From: Paecilomyces variotii
Taxonomy: Eukaryota
Reading direction: 5' to 3' (one strand)
Length of the DNA stretch: 40,286 nucleotides
NCBI GenBank assembly: GCA_004022145.1
Contig: RCNU01000018.1
Below are positions 22,925-36,563 of the stretch, piece by piece; position 1 is the first letter of the stretch, and each line of letters opens with the position of its first letter. Under the pieces are notes generated by a model that saw only the letters and a program-made list of their open reading frames with translations, had not been told where the DNA came from and made no database searches. Made by a program: the position numbers and the translations under genes.

Positions 22925-23900
22925 ATGGGTTAGTAAGCTCTTCCAGCTTTCGTCTCCTAGACCTCCATCACTGACAAACACTCGTCACAGACGGCGGATA
23001 CGGGAATCAATACAGCTCCTACGGCGGCGGCGGCGGCGGTGGTTTCATGCCTGGTGAACTGAACAGTCCTTCGGGGGGGAAGGTAATTCACCATTATATC
23101 CCGCTTGATGATTCGTCTTGAAATGGCAAATATACGTGACAGGAGTAGAGCTAACATGCAACCTCTTGCAGAGTGACGCCAACAACCCAACCCTCCGCCC
23201 AGTCACAGTTAAACAAGCTCTTGATGCCACACAACCATACCCCGAAGCCAATTTCCACATCGACGGTGCCGACGCAGCGAGCATCTTCTTCATCGGACAG
23301 GTCCGCAATATCAGCACGCAGAGCGTCAACATCACGTACAAAATCGACGACGGCACCGGAGAGATCGAAGTTAAGCAATGGCCCGACTCCGCCTCCATTG
23401 GCATAGACGAGATGGACACGGACGAGAACAAGTCGTCGAAGACAAAAGTCGAGCAGAACAGCTACGTCAAGGTGTTTGGTAAATTGAAAGCGTTCGGGAA
23501 TAAGCGATATGTGAACGCGCATTGTGTCCGGCCCTTGGCGGATATTAATGAATTGCATTATCATCTGCTGGAAGCAACGGCCGTGCATCTGTTCTTTACG
23601 CGAGGTCCACCAGGAGGTGCGCCAGGTGCGGCTGGAGGAGCAACTGAGGGTGGTGTGGCCGGAGGCGATGACTACAGCGGCAATGGTCGCGCACTACCTC
23701 CCATGTCGCCTGTCGCGCGGAGAATCTATAACCTGCTGAAGAGCGAGCCCCAGAGCAACGAGGGTCTACACGTGCAGCATATTGCTGCTAAGCTTGGTCT
23801 CCCTGTCACGGACGTGACGAAAGCGGGAGACGAGCTGCTCAGCTCTGGTGTTATATTCTCTACTTTTGATGAGATGACGTGGGCCATCCTGGAGTACTAA
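22925..23900 (+). CDS. rfa2: Replication protein A 32-kDa subunit (~274 aa; exons 22925-22928, 22991-23082, 23172-23900)
   Basis: Introns GTTAGT...CTGAC...CAG and GTAATT...CTAAC...CAG restore MDGGYGNQYSSYGGGGGGGFMPGE. The OB-fold reads LRPVTVKQ...YKIDDGTGEIEVKQW...NELHYHLLEA, and the winged-helix C-terminus reads EGLHVQHIA...IFSTFDE. Confidence 0.95.
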
Positions 23901-23963
23901 TGACACTCGTAATACCCGTGATGATCTATCGGCAAGGATGTCTTTAAACAGGATGAAAGACCA

Positions 23964-23994
23964 AAAAGAAAAAGAAAAGAAAAGAAAAGAAAAG
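23964..23994. repeat. (AAAAG)n microsatellite
   Basis: About six units downstream of the rfa2 stop. Confidence 0.85.
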
Positions 23995-24279
23995 ATATCT
24001 GGGGCCTCTTCATTTCGTCAGAGCTGTACAGTACCAGGCGTTTTTGTTATTGCATGCGCAATTATGAACCAATTCAAATGTTAAAATCTCAAGACCTTCT
24101 CTCTGGATGAAACGTTGTCGCTCGTCACCAGAAGAACACAAGGCACAAGTCGATAATTGATTCGTAAATATCGTTAATCGTTAACCATGTCGAACAAGTA
24201 ATGACACCGCCACCCCCATTTGTATATATGGGCCACAATATGTGATCAATTATATACAAATATCACGCAGGCACATGAA

Positions 24280-26336
24280 CTAGCCCAATGCGTTTCTTTG
24301 GGTCGCCTCATCCACGGAGCGTTGCCAATCGATCCGTATCAGGAAGATACCCTCAACGAAGGAAACCAGACCCAGTGCAATAGCCACTCCTGTCCACAGA
24401 CCCCAGAGGCCCCAGCCAAGTCCAAATGTGGTTCCCATACTAATCGGCATGGCGATTGCATAGTAGCAGAATAACTGTACGTAGCCGCCGATTTCTTGTC
24501 TACCCAGTCCACGGAGGATACCATTGCAATTGGCGGCTAGGGCATCGAAGAGCTGGAATGCTGCGCAGAGTGGCAGAATTTGAGCTATTATTTCGATCAC
24601 CTCTTCGTCGGACGTGAACAGCGCGGCGATATGGAACCGCAACACAGAGAGAATGATCATGTTAAATAGACCGACGATAACGGCACCGGTAATCGTAACT
24701 TTGGCGGAAGTGCGGGCGGCGTCCGCGAGAGTGGCACCAATCAAATTCGCAATACGCGTGCTACCTGCAATGGACAGCGGGAAAGGAATCTGGAACGTAA
24801 TACTTGAGATGGTGGAGAGCACAGACTGTGCGGCAAGAGGTGTAGTGCCGAGATACGATGAGGCCAAAGTAAGAATCTCGAATGCAAGGACTTCGGCTTC
24901 AACCATGAGGAGCCCAGGTAGAGCAAGCCGAATCATGGGGCCCCAATTGTGCAGAGCGCGGCGAGTAAAGCCATTCCAACACTCGTGACCAGCGATAAAG
25001 TAGACGTAGAGAAAGAGACAAAAAGGCAGGAGATTGTCCGTTATAGCAACAGCAATAGGTGCCCCGATAAAGCCCCATTTCAATTTCTGTTCGATCTCTG
25101 TCAGTGAACCGTGCATGCTTTTAGCGCAAGAGCGATAGATATACATACCCAGACGAAGAGCCAGTTCATGAAGGCATTCAGTGGTGCGCAAATCAGAAGG
25201 ACGTAAAGCGAAGCCGAAAAGAGACCCTGCGCTTGGACATACCGTTTCCCGCTTTCGAAGCATGCATATCCAGGTGCGCCCAGGACGACTACCTTCAGAT
25301 ACCGTCCTGCTAAAACTGCCACGTCCTTTTCAGGCACAATCTTCATAAGGATTCGATCAGCGAAAAACCAGATTAAGGCGATCGGTATCGTAACAAGCCA
25401 AAGAAAGTAGATCATTCTTTGCATCTGCAGACCAACCAGCTTCTTCCAACCTGAGCCGTACGCTTGCGCGCAAAGAGTGTCGAGACTAGTCGCCAGGCCT
25501 TGGTAAACACCATAACCTGTGATGCTAGCTGTCATACTAGCCAAACTGACTGCCCCTAGTTCTACCTTTCCCAGGTGACCCAGAGTGAAGATACTTGCGA
25601 CAGTCAGGGAGTACTGCAGCAAGAAGGTAAGCATCAAGGGAGCGGAATATTGGCCTATGACCCGTGCTTCTCGTTTCCATGTCGTCCGGATCAGGCCTGC
25701 CGCGACAGCTTCCTCCCACTTGCGGTCGATGTCCTCCGGATCCCCTCCATCTCCAGTGAGTCTGCTTGCGACATCTAGTAGTGATGTGGTCTCTGTAGGT
25801 ATCGATCCGTCGTATGTAGGGCCCGCACCACCACCACCACCACCAGTTGCAGTTTCTTCTGCAACATGTGATGCGATCCGAGAGGAGTTGTCTGTTGAGT
25901 AAGACGCCGTGCGGGACAACGACTCCACCAACTTGCCCTGACGGTGTTCACGATCCTTCTGGCGCTCGGACGAAATCACATTGCTGTCACTCAAGAGATC
26001 CCGCTCCTGTTCGAGGGCCTGCTCTCTCTCCCTCTTGGTTAACCTATCTTGCTCCACTTGATGAGGAATAACAACCCCTCGTGGTCCCGCCGTGAAGAAG
26101 CTGGGGCGCCGATATGACCCTGCCAGCGAGTGAGGAGCTGTTCCCGGTAAGCTGTTTGCTGGACGCACAGTCGACGCCTCGGATTCGTCGTCGGTCGCTG
26201 TCGAGTCCCGATCGTCTGTATAATCTGCCAAATCGCGTGCAATGGCTGCTTCGGCTACCGGGGAGCGAGAGAGATATGATTGATTGTATGAACCTTGATG
26301 TTCAGGGTTGAGCAAACGGCTAGAATTGCGCGCCAT
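24280..26336 (-). CDS. MATE-family efflux transporter (ERC1-like), ~664 aa; exons 26336-25149 and 25086-24280
   Basis: Motifs LGHLGKVELGAVSLA, GLATSLDTLCAQAYG, STRIANLIGA and QLFDALAANCNGILRGLGRQ are present. A 62-nt intron (GTATGT...CTGAC...CAG, 25148-25087) joins the two ORFs in frame. First ATG at 26336. Confidence 0.94.
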
Positions 26337-27369
26337 CTTAATGACGCAGTTGCGGGGTCCAAACCGCCCCGAATACCTTCTGAGAAAACCTTTTGTATCA
26401 ATATGTACAAGGGCGATGGCCGGAAAACGCACACGTCGTCGCAGTTGACCCGATGAACCTCGCAGCGGAGAGAGAAAGAGGTTGAGGAACAAGTGCCCTA
26501 CTTAATGACAGCGTGTGGAGATTAGCGGTTGCGGTGAGAAATCAGGCTCCTCTCGTAATAATAATAACCCACCTGAGTCACGGAAGAAGCATTGCCCTCT
26601 TTCTGCAGCTTATCAACCGTTTAGAGAAGGTCAAAGGGCAATCGGCCTGTATTCTTGGCTCTCCCAATTCTCGGGATCGAGCTGAGGCTGAGGCGACTGC
26701 TGGTCAGACCCCGCGCCTCCAAGTCTGATTTCGGAAGGTCCTCCCGAAGACGGAGAGTACTTTGAAGCAGAGACCCATACATATAATAATCGGAGAAGTT
26801 GGGATGGAGCTTTTTCTTCAAGTATAACCATTCATTGTCAATTGCTTATGAAGGCGTTGACTCAAACCTTGGTACTAACCGGCAGTGGAGAGTACAGCTG
26901 ACATCACTACTTACTTAGAGATTTGATAATGGGACACAACCATAACTAATTATTAGAGAACGCCTTGTAAAGGAATTGAGAACAATCCATGTAGAGAAAT
27001 AAATGTAAAGAGATCGAGGCATAACCGTTCTACAAGAAATAATTGACTGTTTGTGTATTCCTACTGTCTAGTTAATAATAACCAATTGGTTATTCGATTC
27101 GAAAATAATATCTGCAAATTCTCGTGTCGACAAATCGGGAAGAAGACTCTTTTACCAAAACAGGTCTAGCGCATAATCATAACATCGCTCATGTGATGCA
27201 GTGGGAATCGAACGTCGATCTCTCTCCAATCTCAAGTTCTCGAGTGATGGTTAACTAGTTTATTGTCATTTGGCATCGAGATTCGAAGGGGTTCCGAACA
27301 ATATCTAGTCGTCCTCAAGAGATATCTGTTTGCTCCATTCTCCCATTGTGTCTGTCTGCTTGGGGCATA

Positions 27370-28277
27370 ATGTCGCAATTCGCTCCAGACGGTCAGACGT
27401 CTATTCGACACCGGTACAATCCAGTGGTCAATCCTCTGCATGCTGACCCTGTGCTAGTTAATGAGTAAGTTATCTTTTCTTCCCTTGTCTCATTTCTCCA
27501 ATTATCGCTGCGGACTTCCGATATACGCTGCATTTATTCTAAATCATTGCTTGGCTTCGTCGGAAATACTTCTGGAAACACGAGATACTTAGACTTCCCT
27601 TCACCTGAATGTAACCGCAAGTCATACCTATCAAGTGATCTTTCTCATGGTTTTTTTCTCTCCACTCAATGGGTTGACTGTGAGACTATTCCATTCAATT
27701 GATACGGCAGCCACTGTCTGGTGATAGGGGTCGCCGTCATCTGCTAACCTACGACCTCATTCGTTCTGTTTAATCTCTGGATTTCAATTGACACGGTTCT
27801 TTCATTTCTTGTATTGAAGTGCCAGGAACTAACGTGTGGTGCGTCTACACTCATAGCCGTCCCCAAACTGCAGGGCCAGTAGTCCTATCTCGCCCTCTAT
27901 TTGGCGCACTCCTATTCGAGAATGCCAACTCGGACGCTCGTGATCATTGTGCCAACGAACGGACTTTTCTTTCATGGCTGCGTCTTTCCATCTACCTTTG
28001 CGTGGTATCTTCTGCTATTCTGATCTCGTTCCATCTTACTTCTCGGCCATCGAAGGTCGAGCGGGCGATAGCTCTTCCCATAGGCATCGTCTTCTGGGTG
28101 TTGAGCTTAGCATGTCTAGTGAGCGGATTTTCAAACTACCTGAGAACAGTGGCAAAGTACAGCCGCAAAGCTGCTCTTGTACAGAGTGGGTGGAAGACCC
28201 AATTTGTCTTCACAATAATGGCAACAGTCATCATAGGATGCTGCGTGCTATTCCTGAGTACCAATGTCAGGAAATGA
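27370..28277 (+). CDS. DUF202 (YidH/VTC1-like) small membrane protein; proposed exons 27370-27464 and 27857-28277
   Basis: SDARDHCANERTFLSWLRL is followed by three hydrophobic segments. The upstream exon MSQFAPDGQTSIRHRYNPVVNPLHADPVLVN ends at GTAAGT (27465) and is phase-compatible with the CTAAC...TAG acceptor at 27856. Exon 1 is less certain than exon 2. Confidence 0.82.
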
Positions 28278-28366
28278 AACGAATCTAGCTTGACCCTACT
28301 CGGCAAGGCATACCGCAATATCAAAGGCATCTGTAGTACAACTCCCTCCCACGCAGTGTCCTAAGT

Positions 28367-29721
28367 CTACTGGTGATATTTTATGTCAAAATGTTTCGTG
28401 ACATTGATGCCGTCTGGAGACTGCGCATTTTCACGAAGGCCCTGCTGGTCAGAATCCCTTGGCATCTCATCCATGCTTTCCATGGTCGCGGTCGTATAGT
28501 CCTTCTTTGGCTGAGAGCATCCGGCTGAGATATCTGCCCCGAGGTGACTATGTCCAACGGGATCGAGAGGGTAAACGCCATGCTCATCGAGACGCTCAAA
28601 GACCTGAGGACCAGAGATCCTGTGAGTTCTCCGCTTCGAAGACGGGAAGAGATTTGGAAACACGCGGGACAATATCGGCTTCATAACAGGCATGTTGGCA
28701 CAGATGATGGCGAGCTCCGGTTCTAGAACTGTCCACATGACGCCCATTTGTACCGAATATGTGATATCTGTGAAGTCGATTGCCACCAAGGATGCGAGGC
28801 GAACAATGCTGATCACGGAAACCCTGCAGCAGGTTGACAATTAGGGCGTGGACGAAAACTCAATTATGGATAATAGAGAGCTGTTGACTCACAGAAGACC
28901 CATGCAGAAAACGAGACAGAGTGCGAGCTTCTTGGGCACGCTGAGTCTTAGTTTCCAGATATGCGGGATTGGCAGTGCCATGACCATCAGGTCGGTCACT
29001 AGATTCAAGGTACCTGCGGTGACAAACGTTGCGTTCTTTTCACCACACACGCCATCGATTGTGGCGTCCCAGTTATATGCAAGTGGCCGGCAGAGAAGCA
29101 AAGTCTCAAGGATGACACTGACTGCCCACATCCACACAATGGCCATCACAACTGCAACACTTATGCGGAATGAACGCTTACTCCCAAATATGCGGAAAAA
29201 GAAAAGCATGATCGAGGTCTTAACGAGAGACATGGCGATCCCGTACAATGCCTCGAGTGGCAAGATGGTCTTGTGTTCAAGAATGAGCTTTCAGCAGGTA
29301 CCCCGGATGCAAAATTCTAAGGATATGGTTACCTTGAGCGTCACCACAGCGGACGCGGGATCAACTTCAGTGATGCGTCTGCCACAACCACCGAGGATGG
29401 ACACTGCAGGGAGTCGTCAGCAGCTTTCACAATGGATACATTTCCGGCAGTTACTGGTGACCAACAGATATATTGAATAGCTATAAAAATATAGACGATA
29501 ACCTGCGCCGCGAATTTAGCCACGAAACTTTTGTACAGTTCATCACTCCTTACCAGAGCACCAATGATCAGGTATTCTGGAGCCCCTGGCTTCACATTTC
29601 TCATTCGCAAGGCGAGGAACCTGGAGACAGTTGTGAGAGTTGCTACGACTCCAAACACAGTGACAACGATCACAGGATTCCGAGCCAGCGGAACGCTCAG
29701 ATCGTATGTTTTTAGTGTCAT
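28367..29721 (-). CDS. PTH11-like integral membrane protein (fungal rhodopsin domain, no CFEM), ~369 aa; exons 29721-29554, 29502-29466, 29403-29333, 29269-28893, 28823-28367
   Basis: Four short introns give a continuous frame with VKTSIMLFFFRIF, CRPLAYNWD...GVC, NLVTDLMVMALPIPHIWKL, SIVRL and WTVLEPELAIICANMP, all typical of PTH11-type proteins. Confidence 0.9.
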
Positions 29722-30709
29722 TTAAACGATCACGGTTCGCTCTGAAGTGGGATTCGTCGGGCCAAGAGACAAATGAAAAGAAAGTAAAATTGTAGAATTA
29801 TATTCTACACAAAGCGCAGATGGTCTGAAGCGAGTGAACGACTCTACATGCGGCCGGCTGTTTCCAATGCTAAAAGGGGGAGTCTCGAGTGATAAGTTAA
29901 GCTCAGCCATCCAGTTGTATGGAGAACAATTCCTTCAGGCGATCCCACGCTTACTGTCAGCCCAACGCTTACTGTCTGACGTGCAGAGTGGCTCAGGCAG
30001 GGATCCTGTTCCTGCTGCGGAGCAAAGCGCCCGACTCTTCACCCGTTCGGGGGTCAACGGCTACAGCAGAAGATATCCTCATACCAAACGTCCCCGAGAC
30101 CTACGCTACGAGCCGCCGAAAACCCTCAAGATACGTTGATCATAGACCTGAGAGAACTTTGACTCTATCCATGCTAACTCCCTCATTCCCTCGAGCTTGA
30201 TCACAGACGCTAGAAAGTAAGGATATCTTTACATATCCTAGCTCTCCTACTCCACTGGATTTTTCCATTTCACACTGAGCTTATACTCCGTATGCGGAGT
30301 ACTACTGAAACGCCGTTTGGTTTATGGGTCTCCCTTTCCCGCATACATACATTTAGGGCATCGCCGGACCATCAGGAATCAGGGGGCCAAAAGAAAAAGC
30401 AGGCTGCCAAAGCGCTAAACGTCAATCAGCACTTAAAAGTTCTTTGACTTTAGTCTACAACGTCAGGGATTGCCCACGTATGTCACCCGTAAAGCATACA
30501 CCATTTTGGACTAGTCTAGGACCGGAAATATCGGAGTTTCGAAGAGCTGCTTCATTATTGCAAATGGTGGCACGGCTGCTCATTCTATAAGACGGCGTGT
30601 GGGAGAAACTTCAACAGCTGGAGCTAATTGCTCCGCCAGTTTTCGGGGAGTGTTCGTCCCTACACTGTGACCAGGGAAATACAATAGTATACATCTCGGG
30701 CGTTCAGCT

Positions 30710-30731
30710 AAGAGAGAGAGAGAGAGAGAGA
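30710..30731. repeat. (AG)n microsatellite
   Basis: About ten AG units. Confidence 0.85.
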
Positions 30732-31307
30732 TACTTGACGCAACTTTTGTGCAAAGTCCCAAGCCCGTCATGAATTTAGTGGCCCCGCGGCCACGGAACG
30801 GCTCGATGTTAGCTTGATTAAAGTTCTTATGGGCGTGTCGTCTCGGGGTCGGTCCGTCCATCTCGGCCGTGTCTGTTATGGAGTAATTTACATGGAGTAA
30901 GTATAGAAAGAAGCCCAAGGCCGGGCCGGCGGGGAGAAACGGATTCCAGACCCCATTCTCCAGGTTGGCTCGTGATGCGGATCGAGGAGAACCCAGCATC
31001 TGTGCGCTCGAACGTCCCAAGTGAACGGACCCCGGTTTCTATCCGACTAAGTAAGTATCAGCTTGAACTAGGGGTGGTGAATTTCAGAAATTTACTTTTA
31101 AATTCATGAAACGTTAAATTTCGCCCTTTTTTTCTCTTCCGAAATTTAATATACACAGACCAAGTAATCAGGTAAGCTATACTTAAAGGGGGTAGGTAAG
31201 CGATAGATTTAACCAATAGATTGGTGTAGAGAATTATATTGCCCTATTTTAGCGGTTACCAGAGTAATTCTACCTAGTAACTAGAAATTTAAGCAAAACC
31301 TCTTGAT

Positions 31308-31582
31308 AGTTGAAAAGAATAGGTTCAGATGGAATTCCTAGACTATCTAACTGTCTCAGAGGGCTAATAATACTTAGGGAGAAAGAGTATTAGCTTACAT
31401 AGTAGATATAAAGTATATATCTATATTTTCTCAGTTAGGGCAATAGATTTTTATATAAAGCTTAGGAAATAATTTCTTTAAGCTGTTTAATTTTATTAAA
31501 GTAAAATTATTACTAAAGATTTCCTTAAAATAAAGTCTTTATTATACTAAAAACTGCTAGTCCTAATTACTATTTTATAATA
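31308..31582 (-). repeat. Copia 3' LTR
   Basis: Aligns at equal length (275 bp) to 36289-36563, and the differences seen are transitions. Confidence 0.92.
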
Positions 31583-34500
31583 CTTCTCTTTAGTCTAGAC
31601 TTACTAGATTAGTTAATCCTAGTTAATTTAAGAATCTTAAGAAATCTGCCTTTAGCAATAGTTTAATAAAACTATCTGTTATTATATCCTATATTTTAAT
31701 AAACTTAATACTAATCCTATTCTTTTAGTATAGGTTATATATATAGTAATATATAATATTAATATACTTTAACCTCTTATAGATATAGGTATCTCTAATT
31801 AATAATAATAATACTTAATTATCCCTATAGATCTTAACTAAAGAACTAATAATAAAAGCTTATTCTTCTCTTATTATTAGCTTAAATTTATTTAGACTAA
31901 TATAGTATCTGTATCTTATATCTCTTAAAAAAAGGGCTAATTACTAGGACTACTTTATAGCTTAATATATAGCTATATATTTAGCCTCTATAGTTAAAGT
32001 TATAATAAACTTTTATTTTTTACTTAATTAGCTTATTAGGCTATTAGTTAAAATAAAGATATTCTCTAAGATTAATATCTAATTAGTCTTATCTATTATA
32101 TAATCTAAATTTAAATACTTAATAAATTGCTAGTCTTAGTTTATATTAAATTTAAAACTAAGGCATATATTTAATTATAGATATTTTATAAGGGACTTTA
32201 ATACTTTAAAATATCTTTTAGATAGATTTAATAGATATTAACTTAATTTATCTACTATAAATATAATATCTAATCTTATTAAAATTATTAAATAAATTAG
32301 GCTATTAATAATCTTCTAATACTCTCTTTAGTTTATTCTTTTATCTTAAGGGCTAGATAATTTTAGAGAGTTATATCTATTTAATAGAATACTAACTAAG
32401 TATATTTTTTCCTTACTTATTTTATATTATAATAAGAATTCTTTAGTATAATAAGATTAATCTATTATTAATATTTAATTCTGCCTATCTTAGATAATTT
32501 AAATATTAAGGATCTTCTTTACTTCTTCTAGATTCTTTATCTTATATATTAATCTAAACTCTTATTTAAACTAATAAATATTCTCTATTTACTTTATGCT
32601 AATTAAAATATTATTAATATATACTAAAAATAAGATTTCTCTCTTTAGATACTATAATAAATATAGATTAATATTAATCTATATAAAACCTATTTTCTAG
32701 AATATTTCTATATAGGTTTAATTCTAATCTCTTATAGCCTGCTTTAAACTATATAAAGATTAAAGAACTTTTAATATTATTTTTAATAATATATTTATTT
32801 TTAGTAGGAATACTATATAAATCTTTTCCTTTAATATTAACTCTATAAAGATATTATTAATATCTATAATATAATACTTATAATTCTCTATTATAATAAT
32901 AGCTAGAAATATTTATAATATATTATATTATAAGATAGGAGTAAAGGTATACTTAAAATTAATACTATATTTCTAAATAAATCTTTAAGTAATAAAGTAT
33001 ATCTTAAGCTTTTAAAGGGAACTATCTAAATTATGTTTTATAACTAATACTTAATAGCTAGTTATAATATTAGCTCTTAATAATAATATAACTATTTTAA
33101 AAATTCTATTTACTTAAAGTATATTTATTTTAGCCTTAAATATATTCTATTATAATTTACCTTAAATAGGGTTATTAATTATAGTATAATATAAGTTTAA
33201 AATTAAAATATACTCCTTTACTATATATGCTGCTATTATAGTATTTAATACTTATTTTATATATTTTTCCTAGTCTATACTAATACCTAGAGGTAGAAGA
33301 TTTAATATAAATATTACTTAATATAACTTTTTAGCGTTTTATTTATTATTTAATAACTTAACCTTCTCTCTCTTATATTTTGCTATATAGAGAATCTCTA
33401 TATAAGATATAACTTATCTACTTAGCGAGGATAAGAGGTTTATCTATAAATTCTTATAATTATTTAAATTATTAGAGTAAGAATAATTAAATATCTTCTC
33501 TTATTCTATAATTTTACTATAGTAAAAAGCTTCTTTTTCCTTTTAAGGAAAAGCTAGAACTTCCTTATAATTCTCCTCCTAATTATTAATATTATTCTTC
33601 TTTTTATTTAAAAATATATATATACTTAAGGTAATAGGCTAGGTTATTAGTTAACCTCTTAAGTTCTTTATTAATACTATATTTAGCAATAATCTTTAAA
33701 GAATCTTAAGGTCTAAGTCTCTTTTTAATTTATCTTTAAAAAACTTAGCTTAATAGGTCTTAATAGTCTTTTTTATATTTAAAGCCTAAACTTTCTACTA
33801 TTTATTTATTCTTTTAATATATCCTATAAAAATATAGATTCTGCCTTAATCTATTAATTTATCCCTTTATATATCTTATAGTAGAGATTTTAGATTTATA
33901 TATAATACTGCCTAATATCCCTATATTTTTAGATAATTAATTAATAGCTTAACTTTAATAAAAGCTTCCTTTAGAGATATTTAAACCCTATTAATTATTA
34001 GTCTATTTAATATTCTATTTTTAATATATATATTAGTTTAAGCTATCTCTATCTATAACTTAACTAAAAGGTTTAAATTTTTAAGTATAGCTCTTATTCC
34101 TTTTTTAATAGTCTAATATATCTATTTTACAGCTCTATTTTATATTAATATATATAGAATTATTAGTTTATAATAGATGCTAAATTATTTCTTCTAGGTC
34201 TTAAAGAGATTTTTAAGTTCTAATATATTATCTAATTATATCTTAAGAATTTAGAGACTTATTGCTATTTTAACCTCCCTTTTTTATTTATTTAAGATAA
34301 AGATAATATTGGATTTAGCTCTTATAGGAAATATCTATATTTTTTTTAAAAAATTATTTATAACTATTAAGAAGTAGATATATCTATTCTTAGATTTTAG
34401 TATTTAATTATATATATCTATATAGATAAGTTTAAGAATGCCAGCCTTCTATGCACTAATAATCTCTCTCTTATTTCTAATATTAGCTATAGTATATATT

Positions 34501-36288
34501 ATATATTAATAGTCTATTACTATTTTAATAGGCTTCTTTAATATAATTAAGTTATATAAGTTTTTAACCTTTTTAAGTTTAAGATAGCTAATTCTCCTAT
34601 ACTATAATTAATACTTCTCCTTAATTTTATTTTAATAAAATCTTTCTTCTTAATCTATAACTATAGCATTAAGAGTATCTTTAATAGAGATTAGTATAAT
34701 AGATATATGCTATAACTTAAATATTTAGTCTAAGAAGACTCTCTTAATAATATAAACTCTATATTTAATAGTATCTTAAATTATAACTTTATTTAATTTA
34801 TTTAATATAAATATCGTTCTTTTATTAAAATACCTGCGCATATTTAACTACTAGTAAAATATCTTAATTAATAAGAGATTTGCCCTAAAGTTTAGTATAA
34901 GCAATATATTTTCTAGGTCTAATACCTTTCTATTCTTATCTCTTAAAATAGTTATCTCTATATATTTTAAATATAGGATTCCTCTACCTATATAAATATA
35001 CCTCTATTAAATTTAAATTAGTAATTCTTTAAAGTAATAGTTTTTATTAGTTATATATAAACTAATACTATTATTTATATACTATTAGGATAAATTCTTA
35101 TTAATAATATCTTTTAAAAGGTAAGTAATTTTATATAAGACTTAGTTATTAAAAGTAATTAAAGTTAAGGATTTTAGTTAAGATTAGCTCTTCCTAAAGT
35201 CTAAGATTTTTTCTACCTTATATATCTTATACTTCTTATTCTTTAATCTCTTACTTTTTAAAAATTAAATCTCCTTATAAAATTTAGTAATTAAATCTAT
35301 TATCTTCTTATTTTAAATAATAAAATTATTAGATATTTATTTTAAAGACTTCTTTCTCTATTTTTAACTATTTCTTATACTTTTCTAAATAATAGATAAA
35401 AATAGGTAGTCTTTAATATAATAATTCTTCTTATAGATATAGCATTTAATCGGGGTTTATTTATTTTTAGTAAAAAATATAATAATTAGCTTTACCTAGA
35501 GTTAGGCTTCTACCTCCTTTAAAATACTTAGGATTTTATCTATATTTAGATTTATTTATATATTAATTACTATTTTAATAATAATATATTCTTTAAGTAA
35601 AGCTAAGAGTAATTATTAAATCCTAGCTTTAAATTTAGCTAAAGAAGATATATTCTTATTATATGCTTTAATTTTCTTCCCTATTAGGTTTAATTATCTC
35701 TAAGCATTTAAAATTATCTATCTAGAGATTATTTAAAATTATATATATTATTAGATAAGTTAATATTTCTAAGTAAAAAGGAATTATTTATATTTTATTT
35801 ATAGTCTCTTCTATAAATTCTTTATACTAGATAAATCTATAAAGTTCTCCTAGTTGCTATCTAAGAAGCATTTAATAATTTAATATTATATAATTATATT
35901 AATCTTTCTAAACATTTTTTTATCTTAGCTTTTCTTTTTTTTTAGATAATTTAATAGCGTCCTAATAATCTTTATTAAGAAGCTACTTTTTTATATATAA
36001 AAACTATATCTTATAATTCTCTCTTAAGAGGGTAAAAATTAGTTTCTCCTTTTTATTATCTTTATCTTTTATTAAAAATATAATAATAGTAAGTTAATTC
36101 TCTAACCTTTAACAGAATCCGACTTCTATTAGATTTAGTGCTTAATATAGTATTAGAGCAGTTTTATTGCAGATCCTTTTATATAAAAATAGCTTATTAT
36201 TATTAGTTTAAACTTAAATATTTAGAATAAAATAATTTTTACTATATAGCTATTTCTCCTAAGTTATTATAAACCCGGGCTTATAACT

Positions 36289-36563
36289 AATTAAAAAGAA
36301 TAGATTTAGATAAAATTCCTAGACTATCTAACTATTTTAGAGGGCTAATAATACTTAGGGAGAAAAAGTATTAGCTTATATAATAGATATAAAATATATA
36401 TCTATATTTTTTTAATTAGGGTAATAGATTTTTATATAGGGCTTAAAAAATAATTTCTTTAAGCCGCCTAATTTTACTAAGGTAAAATTATTATTAAAGA
36501 CTTTCTTAAAGTAAAGTCTTTATTATACTAGAAACTGCTAGTCTTAACTGCTATTTTATAACA
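36289..36563 (-). repeat. Copia 5' LTR
   Basis: Direct repeat of 31308-31582, abutting the PBS at 36274-36288. Confidence 0.92.

Larger units (their letters stand above)
31308..36563 (-). mobile_element. Full-length Ty1/copia LTR retrotransposon, RIP-inactivated (5,256 bp)
   Basis: Two 275-bp LTRs; TSD TTGAT (31303-31307) / TTAAT (36564-36568); RIPped PBS AGTTATAAGCCCGGG next to the 5' LTR; PPT next to the 3' LTR. De-RIPped motifs: SLYGLKQA (~32745), LVYVDD (~32615), YQ..VGSL.YL...TRPDI (~32290) and STTEAEY (~31985). Confidence 0.93.

Noticed and set aside
27194..27280. GTTCGATTCCC (B-box/T-loop-like) on the minus strand, suggesting a tRNA
   Set aside because: The T-stem does not pair, and no D-arm or anticodon arm can be folded.
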